From a virus (taxonomy: Duplodnaviria; Caudoviricetes), in IMG/VR virus record IMGVR_UViG_3300031151_000426: a DNA stretch of 64,000 bases, one strand, 5' to 3'. The notes beneath the pieces are model-generated. The model was given only the letters and a program-made list of their open reading frames with translations, did not search any database and was not told the origin of the DNA. Of the stretch, positions 18,714-27,222 are shown one piece after another; the first letter of the stretch is position 1; each line of letters starts with the position of its first letter. Made by a program: the position numbers and the translations under genes.

Positions 18714-20224
18714 ATGCTCAGCGGTCGGAAAATGAAGTCATCGAAGTCACCACCCTGTTCGGTAACTTCCCCATTAGCAGCACCAACGGACATTGTCATT
18801 GCGACCATGCCATCAATACGGCCTGTTGCTTTGGACTTATCGAGCTTGCGGTTGCCAGCGGCATCTTTCACCACCACCGCATTCACAGCACACATCGTTA
18901 ATACGGGGTGCATGCCATGCCTCACGCGCCCGTTAAGCATCAGAGACTCCAGCGTGTCTACAGCTGGCCCCATATCCTTAAAGCCCTGGCCGAACTCGAC
19001 CAGCGGGAGGTTCAGCCCAATGGCATCGGCATCCTTCCTGAACTGGTCAATGCGCCAGCGGTCAAAAGCCATCGAGGTAAGGTCGAAATCACCGATAATT
19101 TCAGCGATATCCGCAACGACGAATGAGTAATCCACCGAAGCGCCTGGCGTGGTGCGCAGCAGCCCCTCCCTCACCCAAACGTCATAGGGTGCGCGGTCCG
19201 TTTTGGTTCGCTCTTCAAGAGTCTTTTGCGGTGTCCAGAAGAAGGGGAAAACATCCCAGACACCATCATCTGCTTCACCAGCTATAACCAGCGCCGTTAA
19301 GTCGTTCCTGGCTGACAGATCCAGCCCCGCGTACCACTTCCTCGGGGTGTTAATCGGCATCTCTCCGCAAAGCTCCCACACGCTGCGGGAAATAAACGGC
19401 GATACGGTAGAAACGCGCTGATTGAGGTTGAGGTTTCGGAAGGTGTTTTCGAAGCTTGGCATTCGGCCAGCTTTCTCAGCCTGGCGCGCCATGTCTTTTT
19501 CTGACCTGAATGTGCCCAGCGCCGGGTTCGCGGCCAGCCAGGACTCGCGTTTACTGATATCAGCGTCTTTTGGCGCTTCATAAACGTGGCACACGATGTG
19601 CGGGTCTTTCGATTTGACTGCATCATCAATCCAGATGCTCAGCAGGTCGGCGTCATTTGCTGCCTGCGTACTGATAACAACCAGCAGCGGGTTCTCATGC
19701 GCCCCCTGCGCGGTAGTTATTGCATCGATAAAATCATCCTGTGGTCCCCTTACCTGCCCGGTTTCATCAAGAATGGCCAGAATGGGGGAAAGGCCGTGCG
19801 TCGTCTTACCTTCTGCGGATAAAGCCTTGTATTCGACGTTACACGGCAAACCAATCAGCTTTTTGCCGCTTGGCGTAATGTGAACAATCTCCTGCAGCTT
19901 AGGGTTCAGGTTGACCATCTTCACCGCGAGGTTAAAAACGATGGCCGCCTGTTCCCGGCTGAGTGCACCGCTGACAATCTGCGTGTTCTGAACCGCTTCA
20001 GGACCCACCAGGTGAGCCAGCAGGATTCCAGCGATTAAGCCTGTTTTACCGTTTTTTCGGGCGATGCTGAGGATCGCCATATCCGTTCCGGCTGGATTGT
20101 CGTAAACCGCCAGGATGAAATCTTTCTGAAAGGGGTCCAACCGCATAGGCTGGCCGATAAGCTTGCCTTCCGGCACGATGCAAAAGCGCTCAATGAACGC
20201 TATTACACGCTCACCTCGCGTCAT
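18710..20224 (-). CDS. Terminase large subunit
   Basis: Walker A ARKNGKT, Walker B AILDE, GLDLS nuclease motif, RIDGMVA. Confidence 0.95.
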   Translation of the reverse strand: MTRGERVIAFIERFCIVPEGKLIGQPMRLDPFQKDFILAVYDNPAGTDMAILSIARKNGKTGLIAGILLAHLVGPEAVQNTQIVSGALSREQAAIVFNLAVKMVNLNPKLQEIVHITPSGKKLIGLPCNVEYKALSAEGKTTHGLSPILAILDETGQVRGPQDDFIDAITTAQGAHENPLLVVISTQAANDADLLSIWIDDAVKSKDPHIVCHVYEAPKDADISKRESWLAANPALGTFRSEKDMARQAEKAGRMPSFENTFRNLNLNQRVSTVSPFISRSVWELCGEMPINTPRKWYAGLDLSARNDLTALVIAGEADDGVWDVFPFFWTPQKTLEERTKTDRAPYDVWVREGLLRTTPGASVDYSFVVADIAEIIGDFDLTSMAFDRWRIDQFRKDADAIGLNLPLVEFGQGFKDMGPAVDTLESLMLNGRVRHGMHPVLTMCAVNAVVVKDAAGNRKLDKSKATGRIDGMVAMTMSVGAANGEVTEQGGDFDDFIFRPLSM

Positions 20225-20230
20225 AGTCTT

Positions 20231-20716
20231 TTATCCGTGCTTGGGAAAGGCGATCAGGTTGTCGTCCTGGTCCTGATGCTCGGTTTTGGTATTTCGTGCA
20301 TCACGATCATTCTGATTGCGTTTCTTCTGGTCGCGGCTTTCGCCGTTGGTTGCGTGGGAATGGATCTGGAGGTCACGGCGCTGAGCCAGAATAGTTCGCT
20401 GCAGCTCAACAATTTGCTTGCGGAGGTCTTTGATAAGCCCTTCTTCGCGGCCCTCTCCGCGTGTTCGCTCTTCTTTGCGTAAATCCTTACGTAAAACCGT
20501 GATATAGAGCTGGTTATTTGCCAGTTCTACAGCGGCCAGAAGGTCGGCCGGCGTCCAGCTGTCCAGAGCTTTCGATCTGATATTGTCATGCCAGAATGGT
20601 TCGGCTTTTTTTTCCAAACCTGCATGGGACGGAGGATCGATGGTGTCCACTGCTGCATTTTTCATGGCCTGAACCGCTGCCGCCGAACTGTCGGAACGGG
20701 TTCGTTTATCTGCCAT
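20231..20716 (-). CDS. Terminase small subunit (HK97 gp1-like)
   Basis: 161 aa; directly upstream of TerL and downstream of the cos site. Confidence 0.85.
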   Translation of the reverse strand: MADKRTRSDSSAAAVQAMKNAAVDTIDPPSHAGLEKKAEPFWHDNIRSKALDSWTPADLLAAVELANNQLYITVLRKDLRKEERTRGEGREEGLIKDLRKQIVELQRTILAQRRDLQIHSHATNGESRDQKKRNQNDRDARNTKTEHQDQDDNLIAFPKHG

Positions 20717-20765
20717 ATGTCAACACCTTAAAACTAAAAAAATCGGGTTAGCGTTAAAATCAAAC

Positions 20766-20775
20766 TTTGGCGGCG
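20766..20775 (-). other. Putative cos site (3'-overhang HK97 type)
   Basis: CGCCGCCAAA on the minus strand between HNH and terS; matches the HK97-type cohesive end as I recall it. Confidence 0.65.
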
Positions 20776-20900
20776 GTCATTTGGGGCAAAGGTTTTGAAG
20801 ATTTGCTCCCCCCCCTGCCCTTGATGGTATTCATTCTCATTTGATATCGTTGCATTTGAAATGATTTCACATGACAGGTAATCGACTTACCGCCGCCGCG

Positions 20901-21104
20901 CTATGCCGAATGTTTGTCTACCTGTTCGAGTTTCTGAGCGCCTTTCCCATGCTCGGGCCACACATGCCCTGAAAAGGTTAGCGTCGGCACGTTTTCTCCT
21001 ACCGTGTGGGAGAACTGGATAGAGGTAACGGTCTTCATCGCTACGCCATCAATTGCCAGCTGAACAAACTTACCGTCACGATACTCGATGATGAGGTCTT
21101 TCAT
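20901..21104 (-). CDS. Small hypothetical protein
   Basis: 67 aa; ATGA overlap with the HNH stop. Confidence 0.65.
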   Translation of the reverse strand: MKDLIIEYRDGKFVQLAIDGVAMKTVTSIQFSHTVGENVPTLTFSGHVWPEHGKGAQKLEQVDKHSA

Positions 21105-21445
21105 TGCGTGCTCCAGTGAGAAGCAGGATCTAGCGGGTAGCCATTGGCATCACAGCCTATTACCGCGCCGCTCTTCTCCATTCTCTGTTTGGTTGAGTCA
21201 TGATGTGCTTTGCACAGTGGCTGCCAGTTCTCTTTACTCCAGAACAGGAGCTGTGCTTTCGATATGGCCAGCGTGTTACCTGACTTAAGCGCCTCTTTGA
21301 GTTTGTGGGGCTCGATATGGTCAACCACCGTTGCTGGGGTTATGCGTCCCTGCTGCTCGCACATCACACATAGTGGGTGCTGCTGCAGGAAACGCAGACG
21401 GGCTTTATCCCATCGGCTGCCATATACGCGGGGCTCTTTGTTCAT
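21101..21445 (-). CDS. HNH endonuclease (HK97 gp74-like packaging cofactor)
   Basis: PLCVMC...VVDHIEPH...NWQPLCKAHH; ATG at 21445 overlaps the upstream TGA. Confidence 0.9.
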   Translation of the reverse strand: MNKEPRVYGSRWDKARLRFLQQHPLCVMCEQQGRITPATVVDHIEPHKLKEALKSGNTLAISKAQLLFWSKENWQPLCKAHHDSTKQRMEKSGAVIGCDANGYPLDPASHWSTQ

Positions 21446-22029
21446 GCCAGTCTCCATGCGCGGCGGCGTTCCGTCCTCGGCTCGTTGTCAGGGTGACGCT
21501 CAACCGTCGGCATGTCGGCATGATCCACCAGCGAGTAACACGGATAAATCACCCGGCCACCGAATGCCTCACCGACGGCGTAATCAGCTGCCAGCGTTTT
21601 ATTCCAGGTGCTGAGCATGCGCCCCAGCCTGCCCTGAGGAGGGCTGTAACATACGCCGTGAATCAGTTTGCTTAATACGATGTGGTCACCACAGACGCGA
21701 TCCGCATCCACCAGCATTCCGGCAATCTCTTTCTGATACTGCGGCGGTCGGCCAGTACCAAGATAAAAGCTCAGCATGTCGTCAGGGAAGCGCACCAGCC
21801 AGTCAGTTACCTTATCGGTGAAGCCCTGCACAGGAAGCGCGTCGTCTTCCAACACTACTACCCGGCAAGGTTGCTCAGCAGCCCATTCGATTGCACGACG
21901 ATGATTCCAGTTCGCGCCGTGGTTACCGCCATCAATCAGCAAATGTGCGCCTATAGCAGAGGTCAGCGCCTCAGCCTGCTGCCGTCTGGCGTGATGACCG
22001 ACCACCGCAAACTTAATCTCTTCAGCCAC
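21442..22029 (-). CDS. Putative glycosyltransferase (GT25-like GT-A domain)
   Basis: 195 aa; VVVLEDDALP DxD-type motif, LSFYLG, HGVCY, ADYAVG, SLVDHAD; GTG start with GGAG RBS. Confidence 0.65.
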   Translation of the reverse strand: MAEEIKFAVVGHHARRQQAEALTSAIGAHLLIDGGNHGANWNHRRAIEWAAEQPCRVVVLEDDALPVQGFTDKVTDWLVRFPDDMLSFYLGTGRPPQYQKEIAGMLVDADRVCGDHIVLSKLIHGVCYSPPQGRLGRMLSTWNKTLAADYAVGEAFGGRVIYPCYSLVDHADMPTVERHPDNEPRTERRRAWRLA

Positions 22030-22046
22030 CAGCGAATCTCCAATAA

Positions 22047-22068
22047 GAAAAGCCGCACGATGGCGGCT
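22047..22068 (-). terminator. Intrinsic terminator within the late operon
   Basis: Minus strand GCCGC-CATCGT-GCGGC-TTTTCTT. Confidence 0.6.
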
Positions 22069-22168
22069 ACTGTCTGAATATCAGGGTGTTGATTATGTCT
22101 AGATTTAGGTATGTTAGGTGCTACCCAAACGCTACTTGGGTGCCCCTTAAAATAAAAAAGGATTAAGT

Positions 22169-22402
22169 ATGTCTGACAATATCATGCAAGAAATCATGGA
22201 AAATTTGATTTATAAGGTCGATGCATTGAATTCAATTGTTGTTCAAATGCAAAACGTATTGACTCCTGAACAGCTTAATAAATTCCAAACCAATACAATT
22301 GAAACATGGAAATTGGTTGAAGAAAAAACACCTCATGAAGCAATTGAAACGGTACTTAAAACCAAGAAATTTGCATTTAAGTATTCTGGGATAAAAGAAT
22401 AA
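22169..22402 (+). CDS. AT-rich antisense moron, hypothetical protein
   Basis: 77 aa; AAGGA RBS; opposite to the late operon. Confidence 0.65.
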   Translation: MSDNIMQEIMENLIYKVDALNSIVVQMQNVLTPEQLNKFQTNTIETWKLVEEKTPHEAIETVLKTKKFAFKYSGIKE

Positions 22403-22498
22403 ACGTTGCAATTGCATCTTCGATGATGTTTTTTACAATTGGAGCAATTACATTCGAAGTTGCTCCATTCTTGAGATTATTCATAAATCACCCTTCCA

Positions 22499-23956
22499 TT
22501 ATTTATGTTGCCACCAAGCTGACTCTTTGCCTAAACCATCCGTTTTGAATACCGTATGAACCAGAGGGCCGGTGACCAGCCTGTCAGCGAACGACTGCGC
22601 GACAATACCGAACGCCAGCATGTCACCCACCGCGGCGCCAGCCTGTTCTTTCTTCCAGAAACGATAACTCTCGATCCGGTAGTAAAGACGGATGATGCCG
22701 TGAGCGAACGCCATTACATCAGCGCGGGTGCCACCCAGCAGACCAGCGTTAAGCATCACATCGCCGCGGTGCGCTTCAATGAATTCCTGATAGATACGCT
22801 CAGGATGATTCTGTTTCGCCCAGGAGTCGGCGTAGGTCTTCGGTTCAGAACCGACATACACCTTCCCGGGTTCCATTTCTTCCCACGGCGCGCGAAGCAT
22901 TTCGACATCGGTACCATCAGTACACCAGACGAACCGGTATTCAGGGTGATCGCGCAGGTGCTGCCAGATATGCAGCCAGCGCCGGAAGTAGACATTCATC
23001 TTCACGTCAGGTACGAGATACAGCTCAACATCTGCCGGTGCCGTCAGTAATTCATCCACCAGCGCAATACGTCCACAATTCCGAAGCGAGGCCGCCCACC
23101 TGGTCAGCATGTCAGGTGAGGCCGTCATTTTCGTGCCGCGCTGAGGGTCAGGCTGGCTGGTCAGTAACGTAGTGATAACCACGTCGCGCTGACGTCGATA
23201 TTCAACGTAATCGGTAAAGCCGGTATCACGCCGTTCGTTGTGGATTTTAACGTTACGTTCCACCAGCGCCTGTCGGTCTGGTTTCGGCACTGACCGCTCC
23301 ACAGCCTCATGCTCATCGAGGGAATGAATCAGCTTTTCTGAACCGACGACATCAGCGTAAGCCCACGTAGTCAGTCCTGCGTTATGGATGCGCAGGGCAA
23401 GGTCGCTGTGTTCGTACATGCCGCGACCATAAACCGGATCGAATCCGCCCACTTTCTCGATGGCGCTGCGGTGGTAGTACAGCATCACACCGCGCTGCCC
23501 GGTGTAAGCCATATGCTGTTCGTCACGGTAAAGCACCGAAAGGTCATTCAGCTTGTTGCGGCCAGCCAGATCGAGAAACTGGTAAGCCAGATGTGGCTCG
23601 GGTGATTCGATGTAAGGAAGATGCCAGTTATCAGCGATAGGCCAGGCGTCATCATCCCATAAAAATAGATGCTCACACCCGGCATCCATCAGGGCTGACA
23701 GGCTGGCGTTCTTCGAAGCAACAATGCCGAGTGATGTTTCATGGCGAAGCAGCTGCACGCCGTCAGGCACCACTGCGGCAGGTTTAGAGCCGTCGTCGAT
23801 AACCACCACCAGCGCACCGACAGGAAGATGTTTGGTGTGCTGCTCAATGGCGCGCTTTAGATCGTCCGCCCGGTTGTGGGTGGTAATCGCAATGCCAATC
23901 CGTGACGCTGAAACACAGGCAGGCAAATACGGGACACCATCAATAGTGACCTGCAT
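22499..23956 (-). CDS. Two-domain glycosyltransferase (GT2 plus a second GT-A domain)
   Basis: N-domain IAITTHNR, VIDDGS, FLWDDD, GGFD...YEHSDLALRI; C-domain VWCTDGTDV...LNAGLLGG. Confidence 0.85.
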   Translation of the reverse strand: MQVTIDGVPYLPACVSASRIGIAITTHNRADDLKRAIEQHTKHLPVGALVVVIDDGSKPAAVVPDGVQLLRHETSLGIVASKNASLSALMDAGCEHLFLWDDDAWPIADNWHLPYIESPEPHLAYQFLDLAGRNKLNDLSVLYRDEQHMAYTGQRGVMLYYHRSAIEKVGGFDPVYGRGMYEHSDLALRIHNAGLTTWAYADVVGSEKLIHSLDEHEAVERSVPKPDRQALVERNVKIHNERRDTGFTDYVEYRRQRDVVITTLLTSQPDPQRGTKMTASPDMLTRWAASLRNCGRIALVDELLTAPADVELYLVPDVKMNVYFRRWLHIWQHLRDHPEYRFVWCTDGTDVEMLRAPWEEMEPGKVYVGSEPKTYADSWAKQNHPERIYQEFIEAHRGDVMLNAGLLGGTRADVMAFAHGIIRLYYRIESYRFWKKEQAGAAVGDMLAFGIVAQSFADRLVTGPLVHTVFKTDGLGKESAWWQHK

Positions 23957-24073
23957 AATTTTTCCCCGATTTACTTTCTATATTGATAACTTGTTAAGGT
24001 ATTAGTTTTAAAACAAATGTAATCTGAGAAGGCAGGCGTACTTTTGCACGTTGATGGTTAACTGGAGAATAAA

Positions 24074-24634
24074 ATGCAACAACAAAGCGCTATTGCAAGA
24101 AGACTTAGTGCAGCATTCACTGAGTTTGGCACTAAAGACTACGAAACCACCTTACTTCATCTCTTTCCTGCTTTAGATTCTACGGCGAAAAAAAGAAGAC
24201 CAAAATCAGGGGTTGGAGACAGAATCCGTAAGTTTCTTGAAGATGATGAAGATCTTCTATCCTTTATCGCCCTTGGGTTATGTGTAACTAACATTGAAGC
24301 TGGTGGTAAAACCATACCTCAAGCAATTTATGAGTATGGTCGCTGCTCAATAGAACATGAGGGTGAACTTGACAAAAGGCTGACAATAACCGAAGAACAA
24401 CAAATGCTATTAGGAGGCCAGTGGGTACTTCCAGTAGGATATATTTTTGGCATGATGATGTTAGTTTTAGTCGCGCCTGAGAACAAAGATGAAAAGTTTA
24501 CCTCCGATTTTGGCATTATCGTGAGGGGTGTACAATTCAACGCTAATGAAAGTTGGGGTCAAATTTTGACGTGCAGAGAAAAAATTGGTCTCAATGCCAT
24601 GAAACAAAGAATCTCTTCAAGTCGTCACAGTTAA
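24074..24634 (+). CDS. Antisense moron with a HEPN-like RxxxxH motif
   Basis: 186 aa; GGAG RBS; YEYG-RCSIEH-EG; AT-richer than its neighbours. Confidence 0.65.
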   Translation: MQQQSAIARRLSAAFTEFGTKDYETTLLHLFPALDSTAKKRRPKSGVGDRIRKFLEDDEDLLSFIALGLCVTNIEAGGKTIPQAIYEYGRCSIEHEGELDKRLTITEEQQMLLGGQWVLPVGYIFGMMMLVLVAPENKDEKFTSDFGIIVRGVQFNANESWGQILTCREKIGLNAMKQRISSSRHS

Positions 24635-24648
24635 AATATATTTATCAT

Positions 24649-24725
24649 TTATCCCCAAATGTTGATTGCTGATTAATAAACCACTTTGGGGATAACTATT
24701 ATCAAGCCCACCAGCAGGTGAGCTT
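24649..24725. repeat. Two inverted repeats downstream of the lysis cassette (terminator/moron boundary)
   Basis: TTATCCCCAAA 24649-24659 / TTTGGGGATAA 24685-24695; AAGCCCACC-AGCA-GGTGAGCTT 24704-24725. Confidence 0.55.
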
Positions 24726-24733
24726 TGTAATGG

Positions 24734-24970
24734 CTAGCCGTCAGAAAAAGAAACGCCGAGGTCGATAATGACTTTTTTCTGTTTCTCAATACGACGTTCC
24801 AGCTCTGCTACAGCATGAGGTCGGATTGCCTCTTCAAAGGCAGCATCCTGATATGCTGACTGGATAGTCACACCGAGACCACCTCCGCCAGCGATGAGAT
24901 CGCGCTGTTTTTGCAGTTCTCGAATGTTTTCCCAGATGCTATAGGCATGACTTAAATCCTGAACTTTCAT
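24734..24970 (-). CDS. Hypothetical protein
   Basis: 78 aa from MKVQDLSHAY, helical; follows the spanins. Confidence 0.6.
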   Translation of the reverse strand: MKVQDLSHAYSIWENIRELQKQRDLIAGGGGLGVTIQSAYQDAAFEEAIRPHAVAELERRIEKQKKVIIDLGVSFSDG

Positions 24971-25036
24971 CTGTGGCTCTCTTTTGGGTGGGTATGGAAA
25001 TATCCCCGCTATTGAATGTGAACACAGTAGCATCCG

Positions 25037-25252
25037 TCACTCCTGCTTCTGGCAGTTCGCCTGCCACGCTTTGTCATGCGCCAGGATGTCTTTCTTCGTC
25101 TGGCGGGCCATAACGTCTATGTCGTGATCAGTCAGGTAGATTGGCTTTACCCAGTCACAGGCAGTATCAACCACCACCGGGACGCTTCCACGTTTCGCGC
25201 AGCTCGCGATCAACATCGTCATCAGGCATATGGTTAACAGTCTGCTGTACAT
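25037..25252 (-). CDS. o-spanin (Rz1-like lipoprotein)
   Basis: Lipobox IASC; VVDTACDWVKPI motif; overlaps the i-spanin end. Confidence 0.8.
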   Translation of the reverse strand: MYSRLLTICLMTMLIASCAKRGSVPVVVDTACDWVKPIYLTDHDIDVMARQTKKDILAHDKAWQANCQKQE

Positions 25253-25442
25253 TGCTGGCCTCTTTCGTTGCTTCTACCCGACGTTCGGCTAATGCTTCAG
25301 TGGCAGCGGCCTTATCTTCGGCGCGCTGCTGGTCAGCTTTCTCTTCCGCTTTGCTGGTGCCGCGTGAATGACCAATGCCAAAAGCACCAGCGATAGCAGC
25401 CATTACCAGCGCAGCAATACCGACGATCGTTTCTAATCCCAT
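25167..25442 (-). CDS. i-spanin (Rz-like)
   Basis: N-terminal TM segment plus Ala/Glu-rich coiled coil; follows the endolysin. Confidence 0.8.
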   Translation of the reverse strand: MGLETIVGIAALVMAAIAGAFGIGHSRGTSKAEEKADQQRAEDKAAATEALAERRVEATKEASNVQQTVNHMPDDDVDRELRETWKRPGGG

Positions 25443-25449
25443 CTCTAGC

Positions 25450-26076
25450 TCACACCAGTACCGTTTTGGCCTGACCGAAGCGAGCGCGACGATCTTCAAG
25501 TCCGTTCGTTCCGCCGTTGATAATCTTCGTCACCTGCAACAGGTCGCCGGAATACTTAAGGCAGCCCTTAGTTGTGAAGAACCACGCCGCGCTTCTTGCG
25601 GCATAAAGGTCTTTCGCTAAAAGTTCAGGCTCCTGTACAAGATCAACCTTGAGCCCATTGCCGCAATCACGGTAATTTTTGAGACCAGTAATCTGGATAA
25701 GGCCACGCCCACGGTATAACCATCCGTCACCCGGCGCATTGTTGCCGTTACGTTTGCTGTAGACCAGATTGGCAATGGCGCGCTGGCGTTCGATCGGTAA
25801 TGTCCGTTCCTCAGGACGGCGGCCAAGCTCATTTGCCTGTTCTGCTGTGAGGCGTCCAGCGCGGATGAAATTAACCAGGCCAGCAATCCGATAGTTGAAA
25901 CTCTCCACCAGCAAAGTAAAACCAGCTGATTCATGCCCTGTCTGAGCAATAAACATTGCCTGGTCTACCGGCCTGGTGATGCCGAACTCTTTCATTGCTT
26001 CGCTTACTGGCTGAAACCAGCGCGCGGCTAACTCGACGCTTAACCCAGCCGCCTTTTGAAATTGTGATTGGTTCAT
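25450..26076 (-). CDS. Endolysin, glycoside hydrolase family 19
   Basis: [20 protein letters not shown] and TKIINGG.NGL.DR motifs. Confidence 0.92.
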   Translation of the reverse strand: MNQSQFQKAAGLSVELAARWFQPVSEAMKEFGITRPVDQAMFIAQTGHESAGFTLLVESFNYRIAGLVNFIRAGRLTAEQANELGRRPEERTLPIERQRAIANLVYSKRNGNNAPGDGWLYRGRGLIQITGLKNYRDCGNGLKVDLVQEPELLAKDLYAARSAAWFFTTKGCLKYSGDLLQVTKIINGGTNGLEDRRARFGQAKTVLV

Positions 26077-26357
26077 TAGTGCCTCAGTGCATCAACCAGG
26101 CGTGCTACGTTTCCCCGAGCCCAGAGAACGGCAGCACAGATCAGGACGTTGACCAGCACCACAAACCAGTGTGATTCATGGTACAAGCCGAACAGGTAAC
26201 GGAAAGGGACGCTGGCGTATACCAGCACCGTAAAATAAGCCATCAGCGAAATCAGAGGGCGATGTCTCGCCCCGCCGCGCTGGTAGAACATCAGTGCAAT
26301 AACGATAACAGCAGAGATAATTGCGTTTGCCATCGCACTCGGATCACTTGTTACCAT
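26076..26357 (-). CDS. Holin-family membrane protein
   Basis: 93 aa, three TM segments, ARGNVA C-terminal motif. Confidence 0.8.
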   Translation of the reverse strand: MVTSDPSAMANAIISAVIVIALMFYQRGGARHRPLISLMAYFTVLVYASVPFRYLFGLYHESHWFVVLVNVLICAAVLWARGNVARLVDALRH

Positions 26358-26739
26358 TGCTGGCCCCTCCACCACGTAATCGTGAGAGAATTCCAAACAG
26401 GCTACCCAAATCCTGACTGTTGACGAACGTCAGCAGCTTAATCGCAATAGCGGCTACTATTACCGCGCCCAGCGCATCAAGTGGCCTGTCGCTATACCCC
26501 GTCCATTTAGAGAAGTAAGATCCAAGCAGTGGAGCGCCAATAACGCCGAAGATGAATGAGGTGATGAAATAGCCCACCAGCTTAAGGCGACTGATATTAA
26601 CCGCCGTAGCGACGTAGAATACCGCACCGGCGAATGCGCCAAACACCACACCGTAATCGATGCCGGTTGCCAGGCCGAACATGCTGGCCCCCATGAGACC
26701 ACCAGCCGCTACCGTAGTGCCAGAAACAGGATCGGACAT
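26344..26739 (-). CDS. Putative holin/antiholin
   Basis: 131 aa, multiple TM segments, GAFAGAVFYV motif. Confidence 0.8.
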   Translation of the reverse strand: MSDPVSGTTVAAGGLMGASMFGLATGIDYGVVFGAFAGAVFYVATAVNISRLKLVGYFITSFIFGVIGAPLLGSYFSKWTGYSDRPLDALGAVIVAAIAIKLLTFVNSQDLGSLFGILSRLRGGGASNGNK

Positions 26740-26853
26740 TTAGCCCCCTCTTATTGCCGTGAGTCCTCTCATAACTGAGGGGAAATAAAAAAGGCCCGCC
26801 GAGGCGAGCCTTAAATTTTTTAGTTTAGAATTCAGTTCATACTACTGACCGTT

Positions 26854-27135
26854 TCATTCACGGGGAGGAGAGAGTTTAGCTTTAACTTTCAGAAACCATT
26901 TTGGAGGTTTAGATTTTGGTCGCCATAAAGCTCGTGCCTCTCTGCGTGCCCGCTCTTCTGTCATGCCAGGAATTTCCATCCATCTTTTATAGCTTCGGTG
27001 TTCAAAGAATCTATTTAATAAATATGAAAGCAGAGGAAGAATAAATTTGATTATGGTCGCGACAAAGACAAGGGTTGTCATTGCTGCAAAATGCTCTACC
27101 AACTTACCAGGAAGCGATGTTATGAATTCAAGCAT
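26854..27135 (-). CDS. Moron: small membrane-anchored protein between Q and the lysis genes
   Basis: 93 aa; hydrophobic segment then a basic C-terminus; AT-rich; bracketed by terminators (~26788-26811, ~27146-27171). Confidence 0.6.
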   Translation of the reverse strand: MLEFITSLPGKLVEHFAAMTTLVFVATIIKFILPLLSYLLNRFFEHRSYKRWMEIPGMTEERARREARALWRPKSKPPKWFLKVKAKLSPPRE

Positions 27136-27222
27136 TTTTCATCCAAAAAAACCCGCGGGTGGGGCGGGTTTATGTTTTGTTCTGTTGCTCAGTACGCTTT
27201 ACTGTCCCGAGCCTAACACAAT

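Noticed and set aside
4836-19883. Numerous plus-strand ORFs over the structural operons
   Set aside because: These are shadow ORFs antisense to well-supported genes, with no RBS or recognisable motifs.
20901-21104. VQLAIDGV resembling the GT N-terminus MQVTIDGV
   Set aside because: The match is too short to support homology.
22070-22084. LexA box at CTGTCTGAATATCAG (and at 48941)
   Set aside because: The spacing is CTG-N9-CAG, not N10; it is reported instead as part of a shared motif.
21442-23956. Glycosyltransferases as a gtrABC-type serotype conversion locus
   Set aside because: There is no flippase or membrane GT, no TM segments, and the genes are co-oriented and coupled with late packaging genes.
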